From positions 36,146,001 through 36,210,000 of the forward strand of contig NC_043001.1 of the NCBI RefSeq assembly GCF_006345805.1: a DNA stretch of 64,000 bases, in the 5' to 3' direction. Origin of the DNA: Octopus sinensis (taxonomy: Eukaryota). A program made the position numbers and the translations under genes. Shown here in pieces: positions 1-12,499 of the stretch (position 1 is the stretch's first letter; the number at the start of each line of letters is the position of its first letter). The notes under the pieces were generated by a model, which saw nothing but the letters and a program-made list of their open reading frames with translations, was not told the DNA's origin and did no database searches.

Positions 1-113
1 ACTACTTTAAGGGTACACACGTGTCTGTAGAGTGCTCAGTCACTTACCAGAGTAAGCACATAAATGTGAAACAAAGTAGAAAAAGTACTCTGACACTGGA
101 GGTAGAGTATAGG

Positions 114-508
114 TATTGTTTCACTCATTGGACTGCGGCCATGCTGGGACACTGCATGGAAGGGTTTTGTCGCACAAACTGACCCTAGCATTTCTTTTCT
201 TTTAAGCTAGGTACTTACTCTGTCGCTCTCTTTTGTCAAACCACTAAGTTATGATGACGTAACCAAACGAAAACCAGATGTTAAATGACGGTGGGGGACA
301 ACACAAAAACACACACACAGACACACACGCACGTACGCAAGCACGCACACACACATGTATGTTTGTACATATATGCGATGGGCTTCTTTCAGTTTCCATC
401 TACAAAACCCTCACACAAGGCTATAGCAGAAGACACTTGCCCGAAGTGCCACGCAGTAGGACTGACCATGTGGTTGGTGAAGCTAACTTTTTACGGCACA
501 GCCACGCC
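114..508 (-). mobile_element. tRNA-derived SINE, family A (degenerate copy)
   Basis: Reverse complement matches the family A layout seen elsewhere in the window: head ggctgtg...gcacc/cttgggcaagtgtctt, internal (CA)n, tail ...gcatggccgcagtc. Confidence 0.8.
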
Positions 509-599
509 TTGTTTCAAATCAATTAGAGCTTTCCCTAAGAAATTGCACTTTTCATCTGCTTGCTGCCATATTTCTTATTTGCCCCCGGACGGCATTTAC

Positions 600-607
600 C
601 ACGTATG

Positions 608-651
<44 letters not shown>

Positions 652-1200
652 TATATTGTTTGCACAGATGTATATTATGACAACTGGAGGGATATAGAAA
701 GAAAGAAGCAGAGAAAGTGGGGCTAGCTAGAAATAGACGTAGATATATACAGACACCCGTATGTTCCGTCTTTATTAAATATACATTTCTAATTTATGCA
801 TGTGTATAAATAACACGCTGCTCATATATACGCATATATACACACATAGGCACACACACACACTCACACCACACACACACACACACACACACATACACAA
901 GCATGCACACACATTAAGGAGAATAAGAAGAGAGAATCAAAAGAATAGAGAAAAAGCAACGAGACGGGAGAGGAATGGAGGGGACACGGAGCAGATGAAG
1001 GGGTTTTATGCATATGTGTGTGCGAGTGTGTACCTATGTATGTGTGTGTGTGTATGTGTGTGTCTATGTATGTGTGTGTGTGCCTATGTGTGTGTGTATG
1101 TGTATGTGTGTGTATGTGTGCCTATGTGTGTGTGTATGTGTGTGCCTATGTGTGTGTGTGTGCCTATATATATATATGTGTGTGTGTATGTGTGTGTGTA
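600..1200. repeat. Compound (TA)n/(CA)n/(TG)n microsatellites
   Basis: Directly visible dinucleotide tracts; similar tracts continue at 1360-1550 and 2260-2760. Confidence 0.95.
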
Positions 1201-1890
1201 TTGTTATTCTCTTTGCTGTTGCCACTCCTTGCAGCCTTGTTCCTATATAATCCGACCATTTTTCAAGCCCCACCCCTCCGCCTTCGTAATGCCTATTGAT
1301 GATCTAAGTTTGCAGCTGTAACAACTGTGTGGTCCTTATTATTGTAATTCGTTTACAGTATGTACACACACACGTGTATACTTACACACACACACATACA
1401 CATATCTTCACACACATATATATATATATACATATATGCATACACATATATTCACATATATACATATATATTCACATATACATACATATATACCCACATA
1501 CACACACACATATACATATATATATATACTTATATATACATACATTTAATCGTATTTATATCTATGTAGCTATGTGATTAATTTTGAATATTTTCACGTG
1601 CGAACAATTAAGAAACATACAATCTGCTTGGTTGTGTAAACCAACTCCTGTGGCTAAAACCACAGGCCTCTCTCTGGTATATGACCTCGAGAAGAGCTCA
1701 ACAAATTCAATGAAGCCATCTGAGCTGGTCACTGTTTCCTACTACAAATGGGTCTCTGTAGTTTAAAATAAGTTATTTAGTTATTTATACAGAGATGTAC
1801 AATTGTATGTGAACGCGTATGAGCTAATTCATAATTAACCCATGTCCACAGTTTATAACTCTCATGCACATCCACGCATATATATATATA

Positions 1891-2274
1891 CTAGCATGTA
1901 CGCCCGGCGTTTGCTCAGTTTGGTAAGGGAAATCACTAAAAGCATTTTTAGAGAGTTATAGCCAAAAAATAGCAAAAAAATGGGAAAAAAAATGATGGTA
2001 ACTTTTTTGAGAGTTAAAAAGGGTGGAGTTGCGTCCCCTAGACGGTCTGTGGTTTGGGTTTCTGATTCTCGACCCCATGTCGAATTTATCGATTTTTTTT
2101 TTCAGAACTGAGGGAACTTTCAAATTTTTCGCTGCGTTAGTTTTGAATTATGACATTGGGCTATGTGTGTGTCAAGTTTCATCAGAATCGATTGAAAGCC
2201 GTAGTCAGTGAGGGTACGAGAAAACAGACACACAGAAACACGCACAGACAAACTGCCGGTTATATAGAGAGAGA
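1891..2274 (-). mobile_element. Non-autonomous Helitron
   Basis: On the minus strand it starts with TC (2274-2273) and ends ...gagcaaacgccgggcgtacatgCTAG (1894-1891), inserted at A|T. The 3' end matches the copies at 43125 and 63090. Confidence 0.75.
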
Positions 2275-2281
2275 TATATAC

Positions 2282-2320
<39 letters not shown>

Positions 2321-2680
2321 TAGATAAATAGATATAGATATACATATACGTATATATATACATATATACAAACATAAGTAGACATACACATCTACACATA
2401 CTTATGCACGCACACACACATTCATGTACACACGCATGTACTCGCATACACATGCATCTACACACACGTATGCACGCACACACACACGTTTACATACACA
2501 TATATACACGCACACATACATCTACACACCTGCACACACATCCACATATGAACAGACACATACACCTACACACATATGTACGCACACACACACACATCTA
2601 CAAACATACTCATGCACCCGCACACACATCTACACACACATATGCAGGCGCACATACATAAATCTACACACATGCACATT

Positions 2681-2724
<44 letters not shown>

Positions 2725-3076
2725 AACACACGCCTACACACACACACACTTATGCATACATATCACTGGAGTGACCAGACCGTCAGTTGTGGTCATACAT
2801 CGCTGGTTAGAGTGCGCTACCACGCATTGTTGTAGATTTCAAATGAGGCCACCCGCTGGCTGGATGGACAGGCGAAAACTCCCCCTGAACGGAACTCCAG
2901 TCCGTTAATCATTAACAACTAAGTGGACGTCTATAACGTGAAATGAAGTGTTTTGCTCACGAACTAAACGTACCATTATCTTCTTTTCTACTCTAGGTAC
3001 AAGGCCAAAAATTTGGGGGGAGGGGGCCAGTCGATTAGATCGACCTCAGTGCGTAACTGGTACTTAATTTATCTTG

Positions 3077-3565
3077 GCGAGCTGGCAGACTCGTTAGCGC
3101 CCCGGGCGAATTGCTTATCGGTATTTCGTCTGCCGCTACGTTCTGAGTTCAAATTCCGCCGAGGTCGACTTTGCCTTTCATCCTTTCGGGGTCCATTGAA
3201 TAAGTACCAGTTACGCACTGGGGTCGATATAATCGATTTAATCCGTTTGCTTGTCCTTGTTTGTCCTCTCTGTGTTTAGCCCCTTGTGGGTAGAAAAGAA
3301 ATAGGTACTTAATTTAACTTGTTGTTCCTCTAATGATGGGTATGGCTGAAAGTATATCTTGGGTAGACTTTGCCTTTCATCCTTTCGGGGTCCATTAAAT
3401 AAGTACCAGTTACGCATTGGGGTCGATATAATCGACTTAATCCGTTTGCTTGTCCTTGTTTGTCCTCTCTGTGTTTAGCCCCTTGTGGGTAGTAAAGAAA
3501 TAGGTACTTAATTTAACTTGTTGCTCCTCTAATGATGGGTATGGCTGAAAGTATATCTTGGGTAC
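3077..3565 (+). mobile_element. SINE family B with a local ~200-bp tandem duplication of its 3' half plus flank
   Basis: Head ggcgagctggcag, B-box gagttcaaattcc, body gactttgcctttcatcctttcggggtc. Segment ~3169-3365 is repeated at ~3368-3565, including unique flank. Confidence 0.85.
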
Positions 3566-3809
3566 TGTATTTGCAAACACCTTATCAATGGTCCATAGAT
3601 ATTCTCTTTGTCTTGTATTTTTATAACCACATTCGTTTCAGGAGTCAGCTGATTTCCAAAACTGAACATATCTTTTCTTTGTGGTACCACACAACAATAT
3701 CTGGCCAGTTGCGTTTTAACTTAGTACGTACATGTATGTATGCATATATGTATGTATATATGCATGTATGAATGTATGTATGTTCCTTTCTGCCTTTAAT
3801 TATTTAAAT

Positions 3810-4443
3810 GAAGATTTCCCAACAGGGGTCCACATGGACCTCCAGGGGTCCACAGAAGCTTTAAAGGGGTTCACGAGTAAAAAATTGTAGTTTGTGGGTT
3901 CATATATTTTATTTTGTTTACAAGGAGAGGTACCTGTATTTATTGAAATTTTCAAGATTTGTATTTGGAATTTATGTTATGAATATAACGAAATTGTTTC
4001 ATTGTTAGTTTTTACTAACATATAAATAAATATTTTATTTTTAAAATTTACAAGTGTAGGCTGTGTGGTAAGTCCCATTGCGTGGACCCTGGCCGACCAA
4101 AGCCTTGTGAGTGGATTTGGTAGACGGAAACTGAAAAAAGCCCGTCGTATATATGTAAATATATATGTATGTGTGCGTGTATGTTTATGTGTCTGTGTTT
4201 TCCCCCCACCCCCGCGCTTGACAACCGATGTTGGTGTGTTTACGTCCCCATAACTTAGCGGTTTGGCAAAAGAGACCGATAGAATAAGTGTTGGGGTTGA
4301 TTTGCTCGACTATATGCGGTGCTCCAGCATGGCCACAGTCCAATGATTGAAACAAGTAAAAAAAAAAGTGCATATATGAGGTTCACTGATGATAAGATAG
4401 CTCTGAGTGGGGTCCACAAGCAAAATAAGTTTGGGAACCTCTG
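3810..4443. mobile_element. Non-autonomous hAT (Buster/Charlie-like) element interrupted by a SINE A (4059-4360)
   Basis: Right end tttgggaacctctg, degenerate left end gaagatttcccaac, ggggtccac subterminal motifs, and an 8-bp TSD ATTTAAAT at 3802-3809 and 4444-4451. Confidence 0.7.
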
Positions 4444-4857
4444 ATTTAAATACTTCCATTGAAGAAGGAGCTGGTTTCTAATAAAGATACAAAGTTCCAT
4501 CGTTGGAATGTAGATAACGAAAACAATGTTACATTTTAAAACTTAGAATATTCTTGCATAATTTTACCGTTCCGCTTACAGATTGCATCTGCAATGTGAG
4601 AGTCAGTTGGTTGATTTCATTTTCTGAAAATCCAAGCTATAAGAAGAGTGGCAACATGTGCCATCTAACCAGTTCGAAGCGCACATTGCGTTACAGCTTT
4701 CGCCTGTCACCTATGCAGATCTGCAATGGGATTGAATAATCATCTGAGAGGTCATGGGTGGAAAGTTGGAAATGCTATTGGCAACGAAGAAATACAAGGA
4801 CACGGCAATCCTCTGTGAAGATGGAGCAATCACTATGTATGTATGTATGTATGTATG

Positions 4858-4888
<31 letters not shown>

Positions 4889-5349
4889 ATCGTTCCCATG
4901 TTGGAATGCTGTGTGTTTAAATTCACTGAAAATTCATTAACTGAAACAGATTTTCTTATAATAATTCTGTTCTTGCTGTATCATGAGTTAATCTGCAAAC
5001 TAATTTGTTTTCAAATCTTATAAATCACACACAGAAATAAAGATTAAGTCTGGCCGCTGTCTGCAACTGTTGACATAATAATATCAGCTGTTGCTGGCAG
5101 TAGTCAATTTTACATGACAGAATTTATTAATGTTGATCATAATTACTATGCAGTCAGAGTAACAAAGTTATTTTTTTATTATTATTTATTACTGTAATTC
5201 GAAAGTTTTGTGGAAAGTCGAGTTGATTGTGGCGAGACTGTTATGTAATAGGAAATACTTTTGAGTTTCATTGGAGTAATTATAGAACAATGGTAAAAAC
5301 CATTGGCCACAGTTCGAAATGGATGGACGCATAGATGGATGTTTAGAAA

Positions 5350-5620
5350 GGCAGAGAGTTAGGCAAGCAGGCAGACAGGCAGGTAAGCAAGACAAATAGA
5401 CAAACAGACGAACGAGAGGACGGACCGACAGATGGAGAGGAAGACGGATGGACAGGCAGACAGAAAGACGGACGGACAGATAGACGGACAGAACATAGAC
5501 AGGTAGGACAGACAGACAAACGGACAGAAGATAGACGAAGACACAGACGAACGGAAAGACGGACAGACAGACATACAGACGGACAGGAAGACAGCTTAAC
5601 AGACAGACAGACAGAAGGAT
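5350..5620. repeat. Degenerate (GACA/GACG)n tetranucleotide repeat
   Basis: Directly visible. Confidence 0.9.
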
Positions 5621-6060
5621 GCTGAGGACTGTGGCTTTGATTTTTGACAGTACAATGACAACTTCAGACGCGCTTCCAGCTTATCCTTAGTGAATTCTGT
5701 TTTCTCTAGTTTTAACCGGAGGCATCACAGCAACCATCATCCTCACTATAACAATCGCAGGAGATAACGCTGCTATCGTCTGCTTTGCAACGACGCTGAC
5801 GTCACCAACAGCGCAACCATTTTTAATTTACTCGAACCTGACGATATTAGAGTGAAATATGTATAATATAATACAGTCCGTTCACGATAGCACATAGCAA
5901 CTTGAAATTTCATGCCTAATACAACGAAAATTAGCCATTTACTCAAATAATTTTTCAAAATATCTTGTAAGTATATGGAGTCTCCGATAATGCATTACTG
6001 ATTTAGAATCTTATAAAGGGTGTAACATATTGCAGGGATAAGTTACTTATCCCTGCAATA

Positions 6061-6290
6061 AGGCGGCGAGCTGGCAGAATCGTTAGTACGCCGGGCGAAA
6101 TGCTTAGCAGTTTTCGTCTGCCGCTACGTTCTGAGTTCAAATACCGCCGAGGTCGACTTTGCCTTTCATCCCTCGAGGTCGATAAATTAAGTACCAGTTA
6201 CGCACTGGGATCGATGTAATCGACTTAATACCTTTGTCTGTCCTTGTTTGTCCACCCTATGTTTAGCCCCTTGTGGGCAATAAAGAAATA
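6061..6290 (+). mobile_element. SINE family B, full-length monomer
   Basis: A-box-like aggcggcgagctggcagaa, B-box gagttcaaat, tail gtttagccccttgtgggcaataaagaaa. Confidence 0.9.
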
Positions 6291-6311
6291 AGAAACCATA
6301 TAATATATAGG

Positions 6312-6676
6312 AACACTCCGTCGGCTACGACGACGAGGGTCCCAGCTGATACGATCAACGGAACAGCTTGCTCGTGGAATTAACGTGCAAGTGACTGAGC
6401 AATCCACAGACACGAGTACCCTTAACGTAGTTCTCAGGGAGATTCAGCGTGACACAGAGAGTGACAAGGCCGGCCCTTTGAAATACAGGTACAACAGAAA
6501 CAGGAAGTAAGAGTGAGAGAAAGTTGTGGTGAAAGAGTACAGCAGGGATCACCACCATCCCTGCCGGAGCCTCGTGGAGCTTTAGGCGCTTTCGCTCAAT
6601 AAACACTCACAACGCCCGGTCTGGGAATCGAAATCGCGATTCCGCTGCCCTAACCACTGGGCCATTGCGCCTCCAC
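6312..6676 (-). mobile_element. SINE family C (tRNA-Arg-like head) with an alternative long tail
   Basis: Head gtggaggcgcaatggcccagtggttagggcagcgg...gatttcgattcccagacc. The tail differs from other C copies; a fragment of the same tail lies at 1-50. Confidence 0.85.
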
Positions 6677-6812
6677 CCATATAATATATACGGTGTGGTG
6701 TAAAATTCTGGAGCTATAGAGAAATTACAAAAATGTAATTCTTATCTTTAACATGATTTTGATCATTTAATTATATCTAATTTTATTTTTTTGTCATTTC
6801 AGATCGGTAGCC

Positions 6813-7845
6813 ATGGCAGAAAAGCTAACAATTTCAGAAAGAGTAGAACTTGTATTTCTTTATGCAAAGGTTGGCACCAGCTCGCGCTCAGTCGCAGATA
6901 TTTTTAATGCTAAGTACCTGAATAGGCAACCAATTACACAAAGAACTGTCAGCTAAACTTTTTATTCGTTTTAAAAAAAAACAGAAAGCGTCCACGACCG
7001 GCCCCGAAGTGGAAGAAGAAGAACTGCAACTGATTCTGAAACATCTGCACCGGTATACAGACATGTGGAAGGAAGCCCACGAAAGTCATTAAGAAAAGTT
7101 TCACAAGAAATGGATGTATCTAAGCGTTCCATTGGTCACATTTTGTCTCGCAATCCTTTCCATCCATATAAAGTGCAATTAGTATATGAGTTGCATGGGC
7201 ATAACAATGATCGTCGTGTAGACTATTGTGAGAGGTTCGTAGAACAAATACAGATGGAAAAGCTTGTTCTATTCAGTGACAAAGCAATAATTTACTTAAA
7301 CGGTTTGGTTAACAGACATAATTCACGGTATTGGTCGGCAGAAAATCCTCGATGAGTTGAGGATGTGCGCGTCCAATACTGTCCAAGGATTATGGTGTGG
7401 GTAGCTATATGGGGAAGTACGATAATTGTTCCTTATTTCTTCCCAAACACGGTAACGGGTGAGTCATACCTTCATCTATTAAGAACATTCCTTATGCCTT
7501 GCCTAGATGACGTACCATTGGCAATTCGAAGAGATATGTTGTTTCAGGAGGATGAGGCTCCGCCACATTATACGAAAGACGTGCGCAGCTTTTTGGACAG
7601 TACATTTTCAAGAAAATAGACTGGACGTTGAGAACCGGTTGAATGGCCACCAAGAACGCCTGATTTGAGCCCTTTAGATATTTTCTTATGGAGACATCTT
7701 AAATCAGTGGTTTATGCTAAAAGACCAAGAACATTACAAGCACTAAGAGATAACATCACACAAGGAATTGAAACTATAAGAGGGAATAACTCAATGCTCA
7801 GAAATGTGCAAAGATCCTGTGTCTTAAGTATTATAACACTAATGT
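6813..7845 (+). mobile_element. Decayed IS630-Tc1-mariner transposase, DD41D (rosa/Visitor-type)
   Basis: Translates as MAEKLTISERVELVF...DRPRSGRRR (HTH), HPYKVQLV, LFSD, IMVW, FQED and WPPRTPDLSPLD, with 41 residues between the second and third Asp. It has frameshifts and stop codons; I found no matching TIR pair. Confidence 0.85.
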
Positions 7846-7897
7846 GATACTTACTATATTCCTACTGTCCCCCCCCACCTTGTATGTATGTATATAT

Positions 7898-7937
<40 letters not shown>

Positions 7938-8332
7938 GCACGCGTGTGTGTGGATAATTCGTATTTGTAACAATAAGTAGGTGTAGAGTTAATGAACATT
8001 TTGCGCTAATGTTACGCTCCTGTGTCTTGTCTCTTAACTCCTAGATGGTATTTATGTTTGTAAATTTTGGCACTGTAGGATTAAATGGTCCTACCGCAGG
8101 TGACGAAACCATATTAATATCTGTTAGGTAGCTGAAGATGAACGTATACGTTTGATGCGTTTATTGACTGTGAACCTCTTGTAGCTTGTATTCACGTGGT
8201 TTTCACTTGTTCTTTGTTGAAATTCTAGCTCCTGTAAGATTGAAATTATTCTAAGGTATTCTGTTTTATGGAGGTTTTATTTTGCTCACATGTATATGCA
8301 TACACAAACATACATGCATACACACACACACA

Positions 8333-8416
<84 letters not shown>

Positions 8417-8422
<6 letters not shown>

Positions 8423-8717
8423 TGTTCCTTCTCGAGCCACGCCTGGTTCATAAGGGCCGGTTTCCTGGTTTCCTTGGCGTATAGATTCCCCACCTGGACA
8501 GGACGCCGGTCCGTCGCAGGTGAGCTGCAAGATGCAGGAGGAAAGAGTGAGAGAAAGTTGTGGCGAAAGAGTCAGTAGAAGTTCGCCATTACTTTCTGTC
8601 GGAGCCGCGTGGAGCTTAGGTGTTTCGCTCATAAACACACACATCGCCCGGTCTGAGATTTGAACCCGCGATTCCTCGACCGCGAGTCCGATGCTCTAAC
8701 CGCTAGGCCATGTGCTT

Positions 8718-8802
<85 letters not shown>

Positions 8803-9100
8803 TGTTCCTTCTCGAGCCACGCCTGGTTCATAAGGCCGGTTTCCTGGTTTCCTTGGCGTATAGATTCCCCACCTGGACAGGACGCCGGTCCGTCGCAGGT
8901 GAGCTGCAAGATGCAGGAGGAAAGAGTGAGAGAAGTTGTGGCGAAAGAGTCAGTAGAAGTTCGCCATTACTTTCTGTCGGAGCCGCGTGGAGCTTAGGTG
9001 TTTCGCTCATAAACACACACATCGCCCGGTCTGAGATTTGAACCCGCGATTCCTCGACCGCGAGTCCGATGCTCTAACCGCTAGGCCATGTGCTTCCACA
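8417..9100 (-). mobile_element. Two head-to-tail copies of SINE family C (8417-8722 and 8797-9100) separated by (CA)n(TA)n
   Basis: Two near-identical ~300-bp units, each preceded by a (CA)n(TA)n block. Confidence 0.9.
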
Positions 9101-9349
9101 CACACACACACACACCTACATACACATATCACACCACCCACACACCCACACACCCATCCTCACATCTACACACCCATACATACATACACACACACACGTC
9201 CAGACCACCAGCCCTCTTTCACACCCACATACATACTCTCTTATACACACACACGCACCTTTGTGTTGGGGGCACCTTCGTATTGGAAGTCACTTGACCC
9301 TGTTATCTCCCCTACTGTCCCTCTCGCGTCTGACCACTGTCCGAAGTCA

Positions 9350-9538
9350 GGACGCCATGATAGATCGTTAGCTCCTACATGCATTTTTTCTCTCCTTTTT
9401 TTTTTCTGTGTATCTTTCTGTCGAAGAGCGTAGGCTCGAAACGTAAAAGACTTTTTCTATTCCTGAGCGCTATACTAATACATTTGTTTGTTTGTACTCC
9501 ACCTGCCTTCGTCTTTTGTTTATTTTCGTAAACTTTCC

Positions 9539-9541
<3 letters not shown>
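9350..9541 (+). mobile_element. Short HHR-bearing repeat, family H1 (probably PLE pseudo-LTR-derived)
   Basis: Homologous to 25545-25738 (+) and 40795-40985 (-); ends ttcgtaaactttccctt directly at (TA)n. Confidence 0.7.
9413..9450 (+). ncRNA. Minimal type I hammerhead-like motif with CUGUCGA core
   Basis: UCUUU CUGUCGA A GAGC GUAG GCUC GAAAC GUA AAAGA: 5-bp stem I, 4-bp stem II, loopless ACGU stem III. Confidence 0.65.
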
Positions 9542-9633
<92 letters not shown>

Positions 9634-9722
9634 TATATATGCTTTCAACATGTGACCTCGTGAGCACCGCCAACAATTTGTTTTCCTCTGTCTTCCCTTC
9701 TCGGGATCTTTCCTTCTCCTTT

Positions 9723-9757
9723 GTTTCCGACGAAGAGCTCCGCTCGAAACGTTAAAC
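9723..9757 (+). ncRNA. Minimal hammerhead-like motif, family H2 (U4C in this copy)
   Basis: GUUU CCGACGA A GAGC UCC GCUC GAAAC GUU AAAC, within a repeat (~9660-9855) homologous to 17090-17220. Confidence 0.6.
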
Positions 9758-9865
9758 CTCCTTCTTCCTTTCTTTCCTGAGCGTCCATTAATACTTTATT
9801 TTTCCACGTCCTCTCGTTGCTGCGTTTTTTTTGTGTTTTCTTGTTTGGATTAACTATATATATAT

Positions 9866-9910
<45 letters not shown>

Positions 9911-10554
9911 TATGTGATCTAATTGAAAAAAACACACATTCCGATACATATATATATATATATATTATAATTAAATACGGCGTACCAGTGACAATTTTAT
10001 TTGTGCGAATGTGATGTCTCGAATTATCATCTGGAAAATATGAATTAAAGAAAATTTGGATTTTTCCTGATTATTTATATATACTCGTGACATTACATTA
10101 ATGTTATGATATATACAATATACACGTGCGTAGGAGTTGGTGGTGGCGGTGTATGAAAGGTAAAATGAGATGCTAATATATTCGTGGGCTTCCTAAAGTC
10201 ATTCCCCGAAGAGATCGAAACGGTAAGCTCATCTTGTCAAAAATGTAAATATATCTCCTATGACGGTTTGACAGAACGGTTCTCTCTAGTCCGGTTTCTC
10301 GGTCAAATATGAATATGTACCGGGACAGCACGACAAGAGGATATCTCACGAGTAACATACTCAGCGGATCTTCTGCGTATTGACGACAGCTAGCAAATAA
10401 AAGAAGCGTACGATTCAATGTAACTGCTATCCGAAATATCAAACACAACACCATGAGGAGACTGGATCTCATCACTGAGCCGTTTCGCTGTTGCTACATA
10501 CAGGAGACCGTTATGATTGTGCAAGGGATAACAACTCCAGAGGTACGCACACGC

Positions 10555-11190
10555 AGTTACCTATCTATCAACACACACGCACACATCTATCTGTCAACAC
10601 ACACATTTCTGTCTGTACACACACACACACACACATACACACACACACACGCGCACACACATCTATCTGTCTAAACACATACACACACACACCTTTCTGT
10701 CAACACACACATCTATCTGTCAACACACACACATCTATCTGTCTAAACACATACACACACACATCTATCTGTCAACTCACACACATACACCTATCTGTCA
10801 ACACACATTTATCTGTCTGCACACATACACACATTATGCACACCCATTTATCTGTATAAACACATACACACACACATTCACACACCTATCTGTCAACTCA
10901 CACACACACACACACACACATACAAATCTATCTGTCTACACACACACACATCTATCTGTCTACACACATACACACATCTATCTGTCTGCACTCATACACA
11001 CACTCATCTATATCTCTAAACACAAGCACACACACACACACGTACACACACCTATCTGTCTAAAAACACACACACACCCATTCACACATCTGTCTGTCTA
11101 AACACACACATACACACATCTGTATCTCAAAACACACACACCTCTGCCTTTCTAAACGCACACACACGCATCTATCTGTCTAAACACAGC
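10555..11190. repeat. Minisatellite of ~22-26-bp units (acacacacatctatctgtctaa)
   Basis: Repeated tctatctgtc cores separated by variable (CA)n. Confidence 0.9.
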
Positions 11191-11401
11191 CACACAATAT
11201 GATTTCCGACATGGGGGTTTCTAGGTGAGCAATCGATCCCAATACAAACCACAGCCAAATCGTTCTCAAACATTAATCTTTGATATACGTATACTCCTCT
11301 AAAGAAACAAAGCAAAAAATGTGAATGGTCATGGCTGGATTGTTAGATTGTTTCTGAAAACAGGCCTGTACAGTTAGAGCTGACACAGTGTTAAACGATA
11401 C

Positions 11402-11600
11402 TCTTTTACTTGTTTCAGTCGCGTGACTGTGGCCAAGCTGGAGCACCGCCTTTAGTCGAGCAAATCGACCCCAGGACTTATTCTTTGTAAGCCTAGTACT
11501 TATTCTATCGGTATATTTTGCCGAACCGCTAATTTACGGAAACGTAAACACACCTGCATCGGTTGTCAAGCGATGCTAGGGGGACAAACAGACACATACA
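11402..11600 (-). mobile_element. SINE family A, 3' half
   Basis: tcttttacttgtttcagtc...gcatcggttgtcaagcgatg, ending at a microsatellite. Confidence 0.85.
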
Positions 11601-11601
11601 C

Positions 11602-11687
<86 letters not shown>

Positions 11688-11689
<2 letters not shown>

Positions 11690-11850
11690 CGCGAAAGATC
11701 TGGTCAGAGCCCCCACCTTCCGAGTTCTTTCACAGGGCGTAGAAAAACTGAAGGACAGCTGCAATAAATGTGTGAATATGAGAGGGGGATATGTTGAATA
11801 AAATTATAATCAACTGAAACCCTTTCTAGTTTCTTTTACCCCACCTCGTA
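11688..11850 (+). mobile_element. Mariner-derived MITE, 3' part
   Basis: Encodes a mariner-like C-terminus (...EKLKDSCNKCVNMRGGYVE*) and ends ccacctcgTA; same family as 23527-24150. Confidence 0.7.
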
Positions 11851-11900
11851 TGGATGTGTATATATATATAATTTCTTATATCAAGTTCTCTAGCTAAGTG

Positions 11901-12207
11901 TAAAGAACCCCTCTAGTCATGAATGACCATGGGATTGCACCTAGAAAGTTACCTTCCGGAGCACAAGTCCGAGAAATGTTGTTTATGAAAAACTAGCGGT
12001 CGCCTATGCATACCAGTCTCTTTCTCTCCACGCCACCGATGTTATCCAAGGGAAAGGCTGATACAACAACTCATTTCTATAGCTGAGTGAACTGGAGCAA
12101 CGTGAAAGGAAGTATCTTGCTCAAAAAGGCCACACACAACTCGGTCCAGGAATTGAACTCACTGCCTCATGATTCTGGGCCCGATTATCTAACCACTGAG
12201 CCATGCA
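11901..12207 (-). mobile_element. SINE family D (degenerate)
   Basis: Reverse complement matches 46466-46810 (ggctcagtggttag head; tail ggtcattcatgac...ctttac). Confidence 0.8.
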
Positions 12208-12499
12208 CCTTCACATATCAAGTTCTATATAGAAGTAGCCTATTAACACAAAGTGCAACGGGTTACGAATGTGGCCGTCAGGCACTTGTCGACAGGCCAC
12301 GATTGTGGCCAGATAGATGCATTTAATTTATGGGCATTTGTTCGGGTGTAATGTCACTCAAATGCTCCGATATTCCCCGGAATGCAAGAGGACTAATAGT
12401 TAAACTAATGACTTTTCAGATGATGTAAAACTTGCCACCATCATATATTAAGGAGATATTTTAACTGTTTTGTTTTTTGTGTGTCCGTGGTAGTCTCAT

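Noticed and set aside
278-2774. Many 60-170-aa ORFs rich in HT/YI/CV dipeptides (also across the whole window)
   Set aside because: They are translations of (CA)n, (TA)n and (TG)n microsatellites and SINEs, with no domain signal.
10173-10475. 100-aa minus-strand ORF in non-repetitive sequence
   Set aside because: No recognisable motif in any frame and the length is within chance expectation.
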